Positions 41,603 through 51,020 of a DNA stretch of 64,000 bases are shown in pieces. Location of the stretch: positions 157,109-221,108 of the IMG/VR virus record IMGVR_UViG_3300020147_000065, one strand, 5' to 3'. The first letter of the stretch is position 1. Every line of letters starts with the position of its first letter. Both the position numbers and the translations under genes were made by a program. The notes below the pieces were generated by a model. That model worked only from the letters and a program-made list of their open reading frames with translations, made no database searches and was not told the DNA's origin.

Positions 41603-42127
41603 TTATGTCAAGGGTTTTGGTTCCCCTGTCAAAAACTTCTTTGTTTTATGTAAGACTGAGAAATAACGCTCTATCTCAGGTAAATACCATTCCAGCGATT
41701 GATTATTCTGCCAACCGGCCTTTGTAGGGGCCGGTTGTCCTGTGCCGTTGCCAGTGTAAATTGACACGTATAACTTGCCTTGCGGGTCAATATATCTCTG
41801 AGCAAGTTGTAGCACTTCTTCTCTAATGTGTTGTTCTTTGATAACACACAGCACGTTGGATATTGTAACCGTCATTGGCCGGAATGTAAGCGCAAGTTCT
41901 AACGATGCGAGATTCATTTGCTGAGGCACGTTATAAGGGTCATAAGGTAAGTTAATAACCTGACGCTCACGTAACACCGCACTCATTAGTTGATAATACT
42001 TTCCTGCCCCAATATCGAGATTCCACTTCAAAGGAATCCACCCATCTTGTTTATCAATGTAACTGACAATAGCCGGAACATGGTTAATGCTGGTATTGGC
42101 AGATGTGTATTCTTGACCTTCAAACAT
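41603..42127 (-). CDS. SAM-dependent methyltransferase-like protein
   Basis: LDIGAGKY, YDPYN, SNVLCVI. Confidence 0.75.
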   Translation of the reverse strand: MFEGQEYTSANTSINHVPAIVSYIDKQDGWIPLKWNLDIGAGKYYQLMSAVLRERQVINLPYDPYNVPQQMNLASLELALTFRPMTVTISNVLCVIKEQHIREEVLQLAQRYIDPQGKLYVSIYTGNGTGQPAPTKAGWQNNQSLEWYLPEIERYFSVLHKTKKFLTGEPKPLT

Positions 42128-42140
42128 GGTATTTATTTTA

Positions 42141-42527
42141 TCACTTTCCACGGGTGCTGTCAAGCTCTATTACTTTCGCTTTTAGTTCATCAACAGCAGT
42201 TCGCCATTTGTGCCCCGGCTTAACTTCATCGGTGACCGGTGTGCATTCATGAGTAGCTGTTTGACCACTCCATGACATACGCCGACCTAAGAATTTAAAT
42301 ACCCGTGGTTTGTCCATCTTTTTAACCTCAACGATAAAGAATTGAGTAGGAAAGTATTCGGGGCCGATTGAACCCGGTAAAGTGCAGCTATGACCTGGAA
42401 CCTTCCAAAGCTCATACTTTCCTTTACGATACACAACTACGGGGTCTACTCCGTAATCAATGCCTATCGTTTCGATCTTTTTCTTATTGTCAAGGTAAGC
42501 CATGCTATACCAGTATCCCTGTGTCAT
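42141..42527 (-). CDS. hypothetical protein
   Basis: AAGGA RBS. Confidence 0.6.
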   Translation of the reverse strand: MTQGYWYSMAYLDNKKKIETIGIDYGVDPVVVYRKGKYELWKVPGHSCTLPGSIGPEYFPTQFFIVEVKKMDKPRVFKFLGRRMSWSGQTATHECTPVTDEVKPGHKWRTAVDELKAKVIELDSTRGK

Positions 42528-43026
42528 GTTATCCTTTCATCATCAGCGTAGATGCTGTAATCAATACGGCAGCAAACCAGTAGAGGGCATGAGCATAATC
42601 TTTGGCTAACAGATAACCAATGAAGCTGATGGCTTGAAGAAAGGTTATCAGCATAACCATCTTTGGTGCCCATAACGTCATAAATTCTTGCATTAGTATT
42701 TCTTCAACTCCTGAACCAAAGAGCCTTTGTCATTTTCAAGGGTGAGAATGAGATTATAACCAATAATTACATCATGAAACTCGATATGTGGAGCAGCCAG
42801 AAGTAAATTGAATACCTGATGTGCAAAAGAACCATCTTCTGTCACAAGAAGGGTAAACACTTCATCACTAATCCACTGCTTTTCAGCTTTTGCTTTGATT
42901 GTGAACATACATAGATTATACTGAATCGTGTGAGGCAGAGCAAGGGGGGGGGCAGACAAATAACTACGACCAGCCTTTTTGGGGCTGGTCGCGTTGCTCT
43001 ACCATCGAAACGATAGAGGGGTAATA

Positions 43027-43107
43027 TGGCACGGGCGGAGGGACTCGAACCCCCGTGTAGAATATTAGTTTTGGAGACTAACGCTGTCGCCGCTGAGCCA
43101 CGCCCGT
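43027..43107 (-). tRNA. tRNA-Trp(CCA)
   Basis: CTCCAAA loop, encoded CCA. Confidence 0.9.
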
Positions 43108-43118
43108 GTATAAAGAGA

Positions 43119-43230
43119 TCGGGTACCTTTCGTCGGAGAAGACGGAGGCTATTCGAGTGCCTGTTGTCCCTTCCTCTGGTAAGCCCAGAGGGCGCGGCGG
43201 CTCTCCCCTTCAAGGATTTCTCCTACCCGA
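43119..43230 (-). ncRNA. putative structured RNA between tRNAs
   Basis: TCGGGTA/TACCCGA closing stem; GC-rich inner hairpin. Confidence 0.4.
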
Positions 43231-43233
43231 AAT

Positions 43234-43308
43234 TGGTGCAACGAAAGGGAATCGAACCCTTATATCGTGCTTGGCAAGCACGTATCCTAACCGTTGAATG
43301 ACCGTTGC
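43234..43308 (-). tRNA. tRNA-Gly(GCC)
   Basis: TTGCCAA loop. Confidence 0.88.
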
Positions 43309-43379
43309 ATTTGTTCTTCCGTTTCTGCTGACCAGTTTCTTTCGAAACAATCATCGGCTGAGAGCAGTGGCGAGAACTA

Positions 43380-43451
43380 TGCGGCATATCAGAATCGAAC
43401 TGATAACTCAGGCTTGGAAGGCGCGTATTATAACCATTTAACTAATGCCGC
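43380..43451 (-). tRNA. tRNA-Gly(TCC)
   Basis: CTTCCAA loop. Confidence 0.85.
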
Positions 43452-43490
43452 AAGTGTGGATTTATACGGCTATCCACGGGCCGTGTTCCC

Positions 43491-43844
43491 TTAAATCGGG
43501 ATTACACACTTGATTTCAATATAATTCTCTGCGGGGCCATTATCTATGGCCCCTTTAAGCTGACTCATCACGTCTGCAAGACCCATTGACATAACGGACG
43601 CGTCATCCAACTTAATGATATTTTGTGGTTTTGCAATACGAGTGTTCCAGAAATCAATATCAATAGGTTTACCGTCATTCTCGATATAATCTGTGTCACC
43701 CATATAACCAGTATAACCACTGGGAGTTTTCTTAGTGATTACTCCTAATCTTAAACCTGCTGAGCGAGATTCAGGCTTAGCGTAAAATACCACGTCTCCG
43801 ACCTCTACAGGACGACCAAGAGCGTCTTTATGCCCGAAAGCCAT
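43491..43844 (-). CDS. hypothetical protein (DALGR..VGD.V type)
   Basis: N-terminus similar to 49708..50001. Confidence 0.7.
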   Translation of the reverse strand: MAFGHKDALGRPVEVGDVVFYAKPESRSAGLRLGVITKKTPSGYTGYMGDTDYIENDGKPIDIDFWNTRIAKPQNIIKLDDASVMSMGLADVMSQLKGAIDNGPAENYIEIKCVIPI

Positions 43845-44133
43845 TGCGAACCTCCTGAAGTTTATCGAAAATCACACGCGCTACTTCCTGACGTTCGTAA
43901 AAACCCTTATCGTGAAGGTCTGCCTTGATTTCAGCCTTTTGAAATTCACGAAGAAGAACCAGTTCACGAGAATCACACGACGTTGAAGCATTCGGTAACT
44001 TCGAGACATTGATTGGTTCTGGTCTCTCCATACTCATAGTTTCATCGTAGTAATACCGAAACAGAGCTTCAGTATTACGCAGCATCACCAGTTCTTTCAC
44101 ATCAACAATTGTCCACACAATATAATCCTCCAT
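43828..44133 (-). CDS. hypothetical protein
   Basis: ORF directly downstream of tRNA-Leu. Confidence 0.6.
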   Translation of the reverse strand: MEDYIVWTIVDVKELVMLRNTEALFRYYYDETMSMERPEPINVSKLPNASTSCDSRELVLLREFQKAEIKADLHDKGFYERQEVARVIFDKLQEVRNGFRA

Positions 44134-44207
44134 GTTGATGGCGGGACTCGAACCCGCAAAACTTACCCTCTCAAGATAAGGTGTCTGCCAAATTGCACCA
44201 CATCAAC
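44133..44207 (-). tRNA. tRNA-Leu(GAG), short variable loop
   Basis: TTGAGAG loop, Leu-type D-loop. Confidence 0.8.
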
Positions 44208-44409
44208 GAACAACTAATATTTTACACCATTCCGCGGCCCTTGTCAAGGTCTACAGAGCACTATTTTTAGGACCATAAATATGGCCACCAGAAAGTTAGC
44301 TCCACCTATCCATTGGGTATCGAATGAGGTATAATAAATTCCGCTGCAAACGTTTAATACGTATAGCACGATACCGAAGCTAATCTTATTCATGATGTCT
44401 TCTTTCAAG

Positions 44410-44483
44410 CGTGGAGTGAGGGATTCGAACCCCCGACCAAGAACTTAGAAGATTCCTGCTCTATTCCACTGAGCTAACCCCAC
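44410..44483 (-). tRNA. tRNA-Arg(TCT)
   Basis: CTTCTAA loop. Confidence 0.92.
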
Positions 44484-44590
44484 ATGAGAGACGGTAGAGG
44501 CAATCAACCTTAATAGCTAAAAGACATTCGGAAGGGTATGCGCTTTTAAACTACCGTCTCATCTGAGTATACAAACGTAGATGACTGTTG

Positions 44591-44896
44591 TCAAGCTCCC
44601 TGTGGTGCAAGAAAAACTCCATCTGGTGTATGGACAGCGAACGTGCTATGAACTTCCGAAGCAACTAAGGCAACAATAAGAGTGTGATTGCTTAGCTCGA
44701 AGGTTCTTAGGTCTACTAATCCTGTGCCGCTCGAATGCGGTTCGTATTCCCCAAACTGCTTAATAGCTTGCTGCTTCAGCTCTGTCAGTGTGTTATGTAT
44801 CAGCCTTTTGGCGAATAACGGATGACAGCCTCGTGGTAGATGAGGAACCGAACACCAGGGAATTTGATCTACTGTAACCACCGGTAATATTTGCAT
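44591..44896 (-). CDS. hypothetical protein
   Basis: TTGACA promoter; leaderless. Confidence 0.6.
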   Translation of the reverse strand: MQILPVVTVDQIPWCSVPHLPRGCHPLFAKRLIHNTLTELKQQAIKQFGEYEPHSSGTGLVDLRTFELSNHTLIVALVASEVHSTFAVHTPDGVFLAPQGA

Positions 44897-45038
44897 ACTT
44901 CAATCATATCGCAAACCACGGGGTTTGTCAAGGGTTCTCCAAAACTTTACCAATTAGTCACATGGTTGGGTAATGAGTGTGCAAGTAATGGAGAACAAGT
45001 TGACATTTGCAATCAAATTTGCTATAATCTTTCTATAT

Positions 45039-45109
45039 GCCTCAGTAGTTCAATGGTAGAACGACTCTTTCGTACAGAGTAAACGCGGATTCGATTTCTG
45101 TCTGGGGCT
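45039..45109 (+). tRNA. tRNA-Thr(CGT)
   Basis: TTCGTAC loop. Confidence 0.85.
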
Positions 45110-45146
45110 TGGAGGGTACCACTAATGATGATCGCAGAAAGAAACC

Positions 45147-45512
45147 ATGCATCCATCTTTTTTTGAACACTTGCACCCGTTTATCCAGAAACCAGTTGAG
45201 GTTTCTGTAGTAGTGAATGACAAACACATCGCCAGCGGCAAGCGTGGCGATGCCAGTAATTGCCCGTTATGTTTAGCAATAAAAGAACATCTTCTTAGTG
45301 GAGATGCGTTAGTTACTTCTAAACATGTCATGTTTTATGACAGGACGTTTGATCGTTCTGATATAGACATGATTCTGGGTAAAGGTCGAATTGCAATGGT
45401 ATTACTACCACCTGCAATAGCTGAACTAATCAAAGAGTACGAAGAAGGGGAGCACTTTGTCCCATTCAAGATAGAACTCAATTTTCCAGCACAACTCTTG
45501 ACATCTGGCTAA
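45147..45512 (+). CDS. hypothetical protein
   Basis: G.RGD...CP..LAI motif. Confidence 0.65.
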   Translation: MHPSFFEHLHPFIQKPVEVSVVVNDKHIASGKRGDASNCPLCLAIKEHLLSGDALVTSKHVMFYDRTFDRSDIDMILGKGRIAMVLLPPAIAELIKEYEEGEHFVPFKIELNFPAQLLTSG

Positions 45513-45545
45513 AGTGTTGCTATAATCAGATTCAGGAGACATAAG

Positions 45546-45884
45546 ATGTCATTTGAATCAAATTGGCGAGAATTTCTCGTAGAACATAAAGAACTTAATT
45601 ACGCAAACGTGCCCACTACCGACGAAGACTATTTTGTTAATAGTCGGGAGCTTCTTCACGAAGACTTGAAACAGATGGAAGACGAAGGTTCTATTGTCTT
45701 TCGCTTCTATCCGCCTCAAGATAAAGGCGCACTTCTGAATTATGATGAAAATCGGAGAATCCCCAGGTATTATGATATGCGTTTTCAGGCTTACGCACAC
45801 TACTTAGGGCAACAAGGAAAGACCTTAAATAAAGCGGAGAGATGGGTTGGGGAAACCCTTCACGTAGAGGTTTCCATAAGATAA
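45546..45884 (+). CDS. hypothetical protein
   Basis: TTGACA/TATAAT promoter; AGGAG RBS. Confidence 0.7.
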   Translation: MSFESNWREFLVEHKELNYANVPTTDEDYFVNSRELLHEDLKQMEDEGSIVFRFYPPQDKGALLNYDENRRIPRYYDMRFQAYAHYLGQQGKTLNKAERWVGETLHVEVSIR

Positions 45885-45961
45885 TGAGCCTCGCTAAGTC
45901 CATTTAATATCACTCCTAACTTAAAGATCGCCCAGCCCTGCGAGGGGGCTGGGCTTCTTAT

Positions 45962-46369
45962 TTACTTGTTCTTGCGCTTTGTTTCCACGCCTTTAGGCTT
46001 TCGTCCTTCGGCTACCCATACTTCGGCAGCTTCTTTAGCTTTTTCGAGGTCGTGAAGAACAAAGGTTTTGGAGTTCTTTCCATCAAGTTCAAGGGCAACG
46101 TGGTAGGTGCTGCGTCCAACGCTGATAAAAGCATCTCGCTTATTATCTTCGCAGACGGGCGTATAACCAATCATGGAGCCACTATCTACGACGCGCATAA
46201 CGCAGTCTCGTATTACCTGCACGTCTTTGTCTTTCTTTAGTGATACAGCTTCACTAAGAACACTGACTTCTTTTTGTGCTGCCGCCAACTGTGTGTTACT
46301 AAGGCTTAACGCAGCTTCCAAATGACTTGTTGTTTGGTTCAACAGATTAACTAAGATTTTGTTTTCCAT
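45962..46369 (-). CDS. hypothetical protein
   Basis: TTGACA/TATAAT promoter; leaderless. Confidence 0.7.
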   Translation of the reverse strand: MENKILVNLLNQTTSHLEAALSLSNTQLAAAQKEVSVLSEAVSLKKDKDVQVIRDCVMRVVDSGSMIGYTPVCEDNKRDAFISVGRSTYHVALELDGKNSKTFVLHDLEKAKEAAEVWVAEGRKPKGVETKRKNK

Positions 46370-46564
46370 GTAGTAAATTATACTAACTTACGTAGAATAT
46401 GTCAAGTGCGCTACCGCACAAAAATATTTTCTTTGGAACCTTGACAAGTGGTTGGTAGTTCAGTATAATCTATTATGTTCCTCTCCGAGATACGTGGTGT
46501 GCAAGTCAGGACTCTGCGCGGATAGAAGGCTGGGAAGGTGACTGGTCCCAGAAGGAACATCTTT

Positions 46565-46638
46565 TGCCCGGTGGTGCAGTGGTAGTTTCACGTCTGACTC
46601 TGGATCAGAAGACAGAGGTTCGAATCCTCTCTGGGCAG
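46565..46638 (+). tRNA. tRNA-Gln(CTG)
   Basis: CTCTGGA loop. Confidence 0.9.
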
Positions 46639-46684
46639 TAGACTTGACAAACTCCGTCAAGTGTAGTAAGATTAGTATCGTTAT

Positions 46685-46756
46685 TGAGGATTCGCCAAGT
46701 GGTAAGGCATCTGATTTTGGATCAGACATTCGGAGGTTCGAACCCTTCATCCTCAA
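46685..46756 (+). tRNA. tRNA-Gln(TTG)
   Basis: TTTTGGA loop. Confidence 0.9.
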
Positions 46757-46820
46757 TCGGTTTAGTTAGTTGTGCGCTATTGCAGACACAGCGGTAATCA
46801 CTCCGCCGACTAAACCTAAT

Positions 46821-46895
46821 GCCGGAGAAGCTAAGTGGCAAAGCACCACCTTTGTAACGTGGATTAAGTGGGTTCGATTCCCATCTCCGGCCCCA
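46821..46895 (+). tRNA. tRNA-Thr(TGT)
   Basis: TTTGTAA loop. Confidence 0.85.
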
Positions 46896-46962
46896 ATTCC
46901 CGTGGGTAGTAAAGGGTAATGTATGAGAGTATGTTACAAAGGGCTATCCACGGGGTTATAAC

Positions 46963-47056
46963 GGATGGTTGTCCGAGCGGTTTATGGAATGCGTTTGGAA
47001 AACGTATGAGGCATTTCATAGTGTCTCCGCAGGTTCGAATCCTGCACTATCCGCCA
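46963..47056 (+). tRNA. tRNA-Ser(GGA)
   Basis: TTGGAAA loop, long variable arm, GCCA. Confidence 0.9.
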
Positions 47057-47057
47057 A

Positions 47058-47110
47058 GAGAAGCTAACAGCATTAAAATGATTCAGCTTATATCAAAAAC
47101 AATGCTTCTC
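47058..47110 (+). ncRNA. ACAGCAA-stem RNA copy 1
   Basis: GAGAAGC-TA-ACAGCA...GCTTCTC directly after the tRNA-Ser CCA. Confidence 0.6.
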
Positions 47111-47156
47111 GACCTTGACAATTCAATAAAAGTGTAGTAAAATCTACTACATATCT

Positions 47157-47232
47157 GGTGGCGTAGAATAGCGGCTAATTCGCTTGTCTGTCGAACAAGT
47201 TATCGCGGGTTCGAGTCCCGTCGTCACCGCCA
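47157..47232 (+). tRNA. tRNA-Asp(GTC)
   Basis: CTGTCGA loop, GCCA. Confidence 0.9.
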
Positions 47233-47233
47233 G

Positions 47234-47384
47234 AAGAAGCGCACAGCAATCTGCAAAATAAAGCATTTGTGTGAAAAACAAAACAATGTAGGTTCGAATC
47301 CTACCCTGCCCACCAATTAGTGGCAACTACTATCTTAGTTGTATTCAACTGGGCAGGTAGCTAAACTGGAAAACAACGCTTCTT
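47234..47384 (+). ncRNA. ACAGCAA-stem RNA copy 2 enclosing a circularly permuted tRNA-Phe(GAA)-like domain
   Basis: AAGAAGCG/CGCTTCTT stem; 3' tRNA part 47261-47315 precedes 5' part 47351-47371. Confidence 0.75.
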
Positions 47385-47389
47385 GTCTT

Positions 47390-47463
47390 CGGGACGTGGG
47401 CCAAAGGTAGGCCGCAACATTTGGGATGTTGACATCGGGCGAGTTCGATTCTCGCCGTCCCGA
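47390..47463 (+). tRNA. tRNA-Pro(TGG)
   Basis: TTTGGGA loop. Confidence 0.88.
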
Positions 47464-47613
47464 TTTGCAGTAAATTAGACTTGTGGTGGCCGAGCGGAAT
47501 GGGACATTTGTAGCATAGCCGTTAACTGCTACTTGTCGTAAGGACATAAACCACTTCGACTTCCGACGGGAAGCGTTTTTCGAGAATTGGACGGTGTTCC
47601 GCAACTGCATATT

Positions 47614-47687
47614 GTCTCCGTAGTTCAGATGGACAGAACGACAACCTCCTAAGTTGTATGTCGCAGGTTCGAATCCTGCCGGGGTCA
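47614..47687 (+). tRNA. tRNA-Arg(CCT)
   Basis: CTCCTAA loop. Confidence 0.9.
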
Positions 47688-47699
47688 TTGGAGATTATA

Positions 47700-47963
47700 A
47701 TGTTTGGTGTAGCGAAAGAAAGATTAGTCAATGTCTTAGCTCTATTGCAACATAGTCGTTGCGCCTATGGTTCAAGTGTTAAAGAACCTACTCAGCGATG
47801 CGATTGCAAGTATGTAGCTAAAGACGCCGAAACGCTCGGACGTTTCGGCTCAGAGAGTGGGTCAACCTGTCCTGAGTTGTCTATGGCTTACGCGATCATC
47901 AATTCAATGACTGATCGAGAATACGAAAGATTTTGTAAACGGGCTGGAATTAGCTTGACATAG
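47700..47963 (+). CDS. Cys-rich hypothetical protein
   Basis: GGAG RBS; CDCKY...CPEL. Confidence 0.65.
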   Translation: MFGVAKERLVNVLALLQHSRCAYGSSVKEPTQRCDCKYVAKDAETLGRFGSESGSTCPELSMAYAIINSMTDREYERFCKRAGISLT

Positions 47964-47994
47964 CCCGTGGAAAGTGATATAATTTAAAGTAATT

Positions 47995-48070
47995 GGGGGC
48001 ACATGTTCCAAGGGGGCGAGGAACCTTTGCAAGGTTCATGTGAAGAGTTCGATTCTCTTTGTCTCCACCA
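47995..48070 (+). tRNA. tRNA-Ala(TGC)
   Basis: TTTGCAA loop, G3:U70. Confidence 0.85.
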
Positions 48071-48182
48071 ATTCAGATTCGCTGACTGCACTGGCCTGAA
48101 ATATCGGTTATCACGCGAATGAGGTTAAGGTAGGCGCCTATACTTAACGCTAAGGGGTAAGTTAATAAACTCCCTTACATTT

Positions 48183-48253
48183 GGGGCTTTCGTTCAAGGG
48201 GAGGACGGGAGTATGGCATACTCTCAATCTGGGTTCGAGTCCCAGTTGCTCCA
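48183..48253 (+). tRNA. tRNA-Ala(GGC)
   Basis: ATGGCAT loop, G3:U70. Confidence 0.8.
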
Positions 48254-48257
48254 TTTT

Positions 48258-48332
48258 GGAAGGCAGGGCAAATGGTCAGCCGTCTTCGTGACAAGAAGAA
48301 TATAGCAGGTTCGATTCCTGTGCCGTCCACCA
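48258..48332 (+). tRNA. tRNA-Val(GAC)
   Basis: GTGACAA loop, ACCA. Confidence 0.8.
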
Positions 48333-48528
48333 ATCCGACCAGTGAACTGAATCCCACTTCGGCTGTACAGCGAGGCGTGAAAGGTGGGTAAAGGATAGCC
48401 AAAGTTCACCCTGAATAAAACAGGACAAATTGATACTGAGAGTTCTATACAGGCTTTGAAGCGTGAACGACCCGCACCATCTTAGAAGGTAGGCAATCCT
48501 GTAAAGGTACTATAGAGGCTCTCATTAT

Positions 48529-48601
48529 GTCCGCGTAGTGAAACTGGACATCACGCAACTCTACGAAAGTTGTAATGTAGGTTCGAATCCTGCCGTGGAT
48601 A
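48529..48601 (+). tRNA. tRNA-Arg(ACG)
   Basis: CTACGAA loop. Confidence 0.9.
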
Positions 48602-48751
48602 TTTTAGCGTGGCCCTTGACAGGCCACGCGGAACGTAGTATAATCTATTGCGTTGTAAACAAAGTCATGGGAAAAAGCAGAAGTCCTTTTCAACAGAAAT
48701 GTTGGGATTTGAAAGTTAGGTATGGAGAGAAATCTTCCGACAATTTGGAAT

Positions 48752-48826
48752 AGCAGGGTACCGTTCACGGTGAGCCGGACTTGACTGTTAATCAAGGATA
48801 GATGGGTTCGATCCCCATCCCTGCTG
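48752..48826 (+). tRNA. tRNA-Asn(GTT)
   Basis: CTGTTAA loop; atypical D-arm. Confidence 0.8.
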
Positions 48827-48834
48827 TAAAACAT

Positions 48835-48911
48835 GGTGGATGAAGCTAACCGGTCAGGCGCTTGATTGTGGCTCAAGTACATAGGGAGTTCAATTCTCCT
48901 CATTCACCCCA
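48835..48911 (+). tRNA. tRNA-His(GTG)
   Basis: G-1:C73, TTGTGGC loop. Confidence 0.9.
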
Positions 48912-48915
48912 TTAT

Positions 48916-48988
48916 GCTCCGGTAGCTGAGATGGTTCAAGCATCCGCCTGAAAAGCGGAGGACGAGGTTTCGAGCACCTCTCGGAGTA
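48916..48988 (+). tRNA. tRNA-Phe(GAA)
   Basis: CTGAAAA loop. Confidence 0.85.
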
Positions 48989-49153
48989 CTTAGCAGATAA
49001 TGAGCGCGATTGGCCACCGTGGTGAGTTATCTGTAGGGATAGAAAACTTCTGTCAGCCCCTAACCATAAGACAGATAATGGCTGTGAGAGAGTGCCCCGA
49101 CGCTGGGTGAAGCAAACGGAGAAAGACACTTCCCTGCTGCTCTCACATTTTAT

Positions 49154-49222
49154 CGCAGGGAGGCAAGGCGCCCAACGTGGCTCATAACCATGTTCTTGTC
49201 GGTTCGATTCCGACCTCTGCAA
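49154..49222 (+). tRNA. tRNA-fMet-like (CAT)
   Basis: C1:A72 mismatch, CTCATAA loop, reduced D-arm. Confidence 0.7.
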
Positions 49223-49298
49223 TGGCCCTTAATGCAGACTAACGACCTGCTCGACGTGTAACCCACGCCGATCCTCTAAGTGTAGGAGACGGGACACT

Positions 49299-49372
49299 CG
49301 GAATGTGGCTCAGCTTGGTAGAGCACACGCATGGGGTGCGTGAGGTCGAAGGTTCAAATCCTTTCATTCCGA
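49299..49372 (+). tRNA. tRNA-Pro(GGG)
   Basis: ATGGGGT loop. Confidence 0.88.
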
Positions 49373-49441
49373 CGGTATCTCAGGCCACTTGCACATCAGT
49401 GTAGGTACGGGGAAGGCTTCAAGGCCTTCCCCTTTAAATTT

Positions 49442-49509
49442 GGCGGCTGCATAGGATGCGATCAGGAATCATAATCCAGATTTTAACAGTTCGAGTCTGT
49501 TAGCCGCTA
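49442..49509 (+). tRNA. atypical tRNA-Met(CAT), reduced D-arm
   Basis: GGCGGCT/AGCCGCT acceptor, ATCATAA loop. Confidence 0.55.
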
Positions 49510-49707
49510 TGTGGATAAAGAAACTATACAAGCCATATTAGTGACAGTTTTCTACGGAGTGTTATTTATATGGTTGTTCTGGTCAATTGGTCAGTCATTG
49601 AAGGATTGTGATTTTGGGCAGGGGCCTGATCCAAAAGGGAATAACGACTGGTGGTGATCTGCCCCCCCCCCTTGCAGAACCTTGAAAATCGGAGTATAAT
49701 TTAATAC

Positions 49708-50001
49708 ATGAAGCCACCATTAGATGCAACTGGAAGAGAAATCTCCGTGGGTAGCAAATTGATGTACTGTATTGATGATGTATGGTCTTTCGGTGAAGTC
49801 GTAGAACTCAAGGAAAGAAAAAGATGTTATCAAGAATACATCGGTGTCGTTGTGAGCAAATGTTCTGTTAATCCTTACTGGTCAGAAATAAAAGCCGGTA
49901 AATCTGAGTTAATGTTTCCTCAAAAAGCAATCATTGTAGAGAATTTTCTATTTCTTCCAAATGATTTCTTAAAAAGACTTGACGAGGCCCGTGAAAAGTG
50001 A
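49708..50001 (+). CDS. hypothetical protein
   Basis: C-tract promoter; leaderless. Confidence 0.7.
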   Translation: MKPPLDATGREISVGSKLMYCIDDVWSFGEVVELKERKRCYQEYIGVVVSKCSVNPYWSEIKAGKSELMFPQKAIIVENFLFLPNDFLKRLDEAREK

Positions 50002-50026
50002 TATAATCTTTAGTGGTGATGAAATT

Positions 50027-50191
50027 ATGATGGGTTTAGGTGGACAAGAACTTTGGATAGTATTAATAATTGTGATGGTTCTCTTTGGTGGCTCGAAAGT
50101 TCCACAGTTAATGAAGGGAATCGGTGAAGGTATCCGAGAATTACGTAAGGGTGCAGAATACGACCCTGAAACACAAAAGACCGGCATCTAA
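50027..50191 (+). CDS. tatA: twin-arginine translocase TatA/E family subunit
   Basis: MGLGGQELWIVLIIVMVLFGGSKVPQLMKGIGEGIRELRK. Confidence 0.92.
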   Translation: MMGLGGQELWIVLIIVMVLFGGSKVPQLMKGIGEGIRELRKGAEYDPETQKTGI

Positions 50192-50202
50192 GGATGCCAC
50201 AA

Positions 50203-50279
50203 CACGGCGTACTCAAGCGGTCTAAGAGGCAGGACTTTCAATCCTGTAATCACGGGTTCAAATCCCGTCGCCGTGACCA
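50203..50279 (+). tRNA. tRNA-Glu(TTC)
   Basis: CTTTCAA loop. Confidence 0.9.
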
Positions 50280-50358
50280 ATGGGAGATAAGCCTGTACCA
50301 CGCTTTGCTTAATGGTTGGTACCCATTATGTAAGGTGAGGTGATGCTCCCCTCAAAAT

Positions 50359-50432
50359 GGCCCTGTCGTCTAATTGGAACAGGATAACACCCTCTCAAGG
50401 TGTAGAACCGGGTTCGAAACCCGGTGGGGCTA
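50359..50432 (+). tRNA. tRNA-Glu(CTC)
   Basis: CTCTCAA loop. Confidence 0.88.
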
Positions 50433-50437
50433 TTGTT

Positions 50438-50512
50438 GGCCGGATAGCGCAATTGGCAGGAGGCGTTGGACTCAAAATCCAAACAGTGCGGGTTCGAATC
50501 CCGCTCCGGCTA
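50438..50512 (+). tRNA. tRNA-Leu(CAA), short variable loop
   Basis: CTCAAAA loop. Confidence 0.85.
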
Positions 50513-50600
50513 TGGGATGTTTCTCGATTCATCCATCCTACGAGTAGTGTCGAGGAAAATAAAATCTTTCCGAGTAGTGTCGAAAGATAAAAATCGTATT

Positions 50601-50672
50601 GCTCGGTATGTCAAATGGCGCGACAGCAGTTTTACACACTGTTCCAAGGGGGTTCGATTCCCTCACTGAGCA
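50601..50672 (+). tRNA. tRNA-Val(TAC), irregular anticodon loop
   Basis: GCAGT-TTACAC-ACTGT. Confidence 0.6.
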
Positions 50673-50726
50673 TTATTTTTCTGAAAGGGGTTGACAAAGC
50701 CATCCACGGGTGGTAAAATAAACACC

Positions 50727-51014
50727 ATGAAATTAGTTCTTATCGGAGAAACCAGTTCTGGGAACGAGGATGTACTTGGAGGCGTTTTCAACATCGAAAC
50801 AAAGTATCCTCAACTGGCCACGGATGGATTTCAACAACAGGCTTTGCTTGAAGAACTTCTCACAAACTTAGCGGAAGCTAAGATAATCAAAGATAAAATC
50901 GGCATGATTCTTCCGAGTCTTACCGAAGAAGAGCATGAAGCTCTTATTGAGAGTCCTTTCGAGGACAATATAGGTGGTCCACAAGACCCTTGCCGAGGAC
51001 GGACACTCGGATAA
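50727..51014 (+). CDS. hypothetical protein
   Basis: TTGACA promoter; leaderless. Confidence 0.65.
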   Translation: MKLVLIGETSSGNEDVLGGVFNIETKYPQLATDGFQQQALLEELLTNLAEAKIIKDKIGMILPSLTEEEHEALIESPFEDNIGGPQDPCRGRTLG

Positions 51015-51020
51015 ACAATT

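Noticed and set aside
47478-47565. Additional tRNA
   Set aside because: It has a D-loop-like start (TGGCCGAGCGG) but no consistent T-arm or acceptor pairing.
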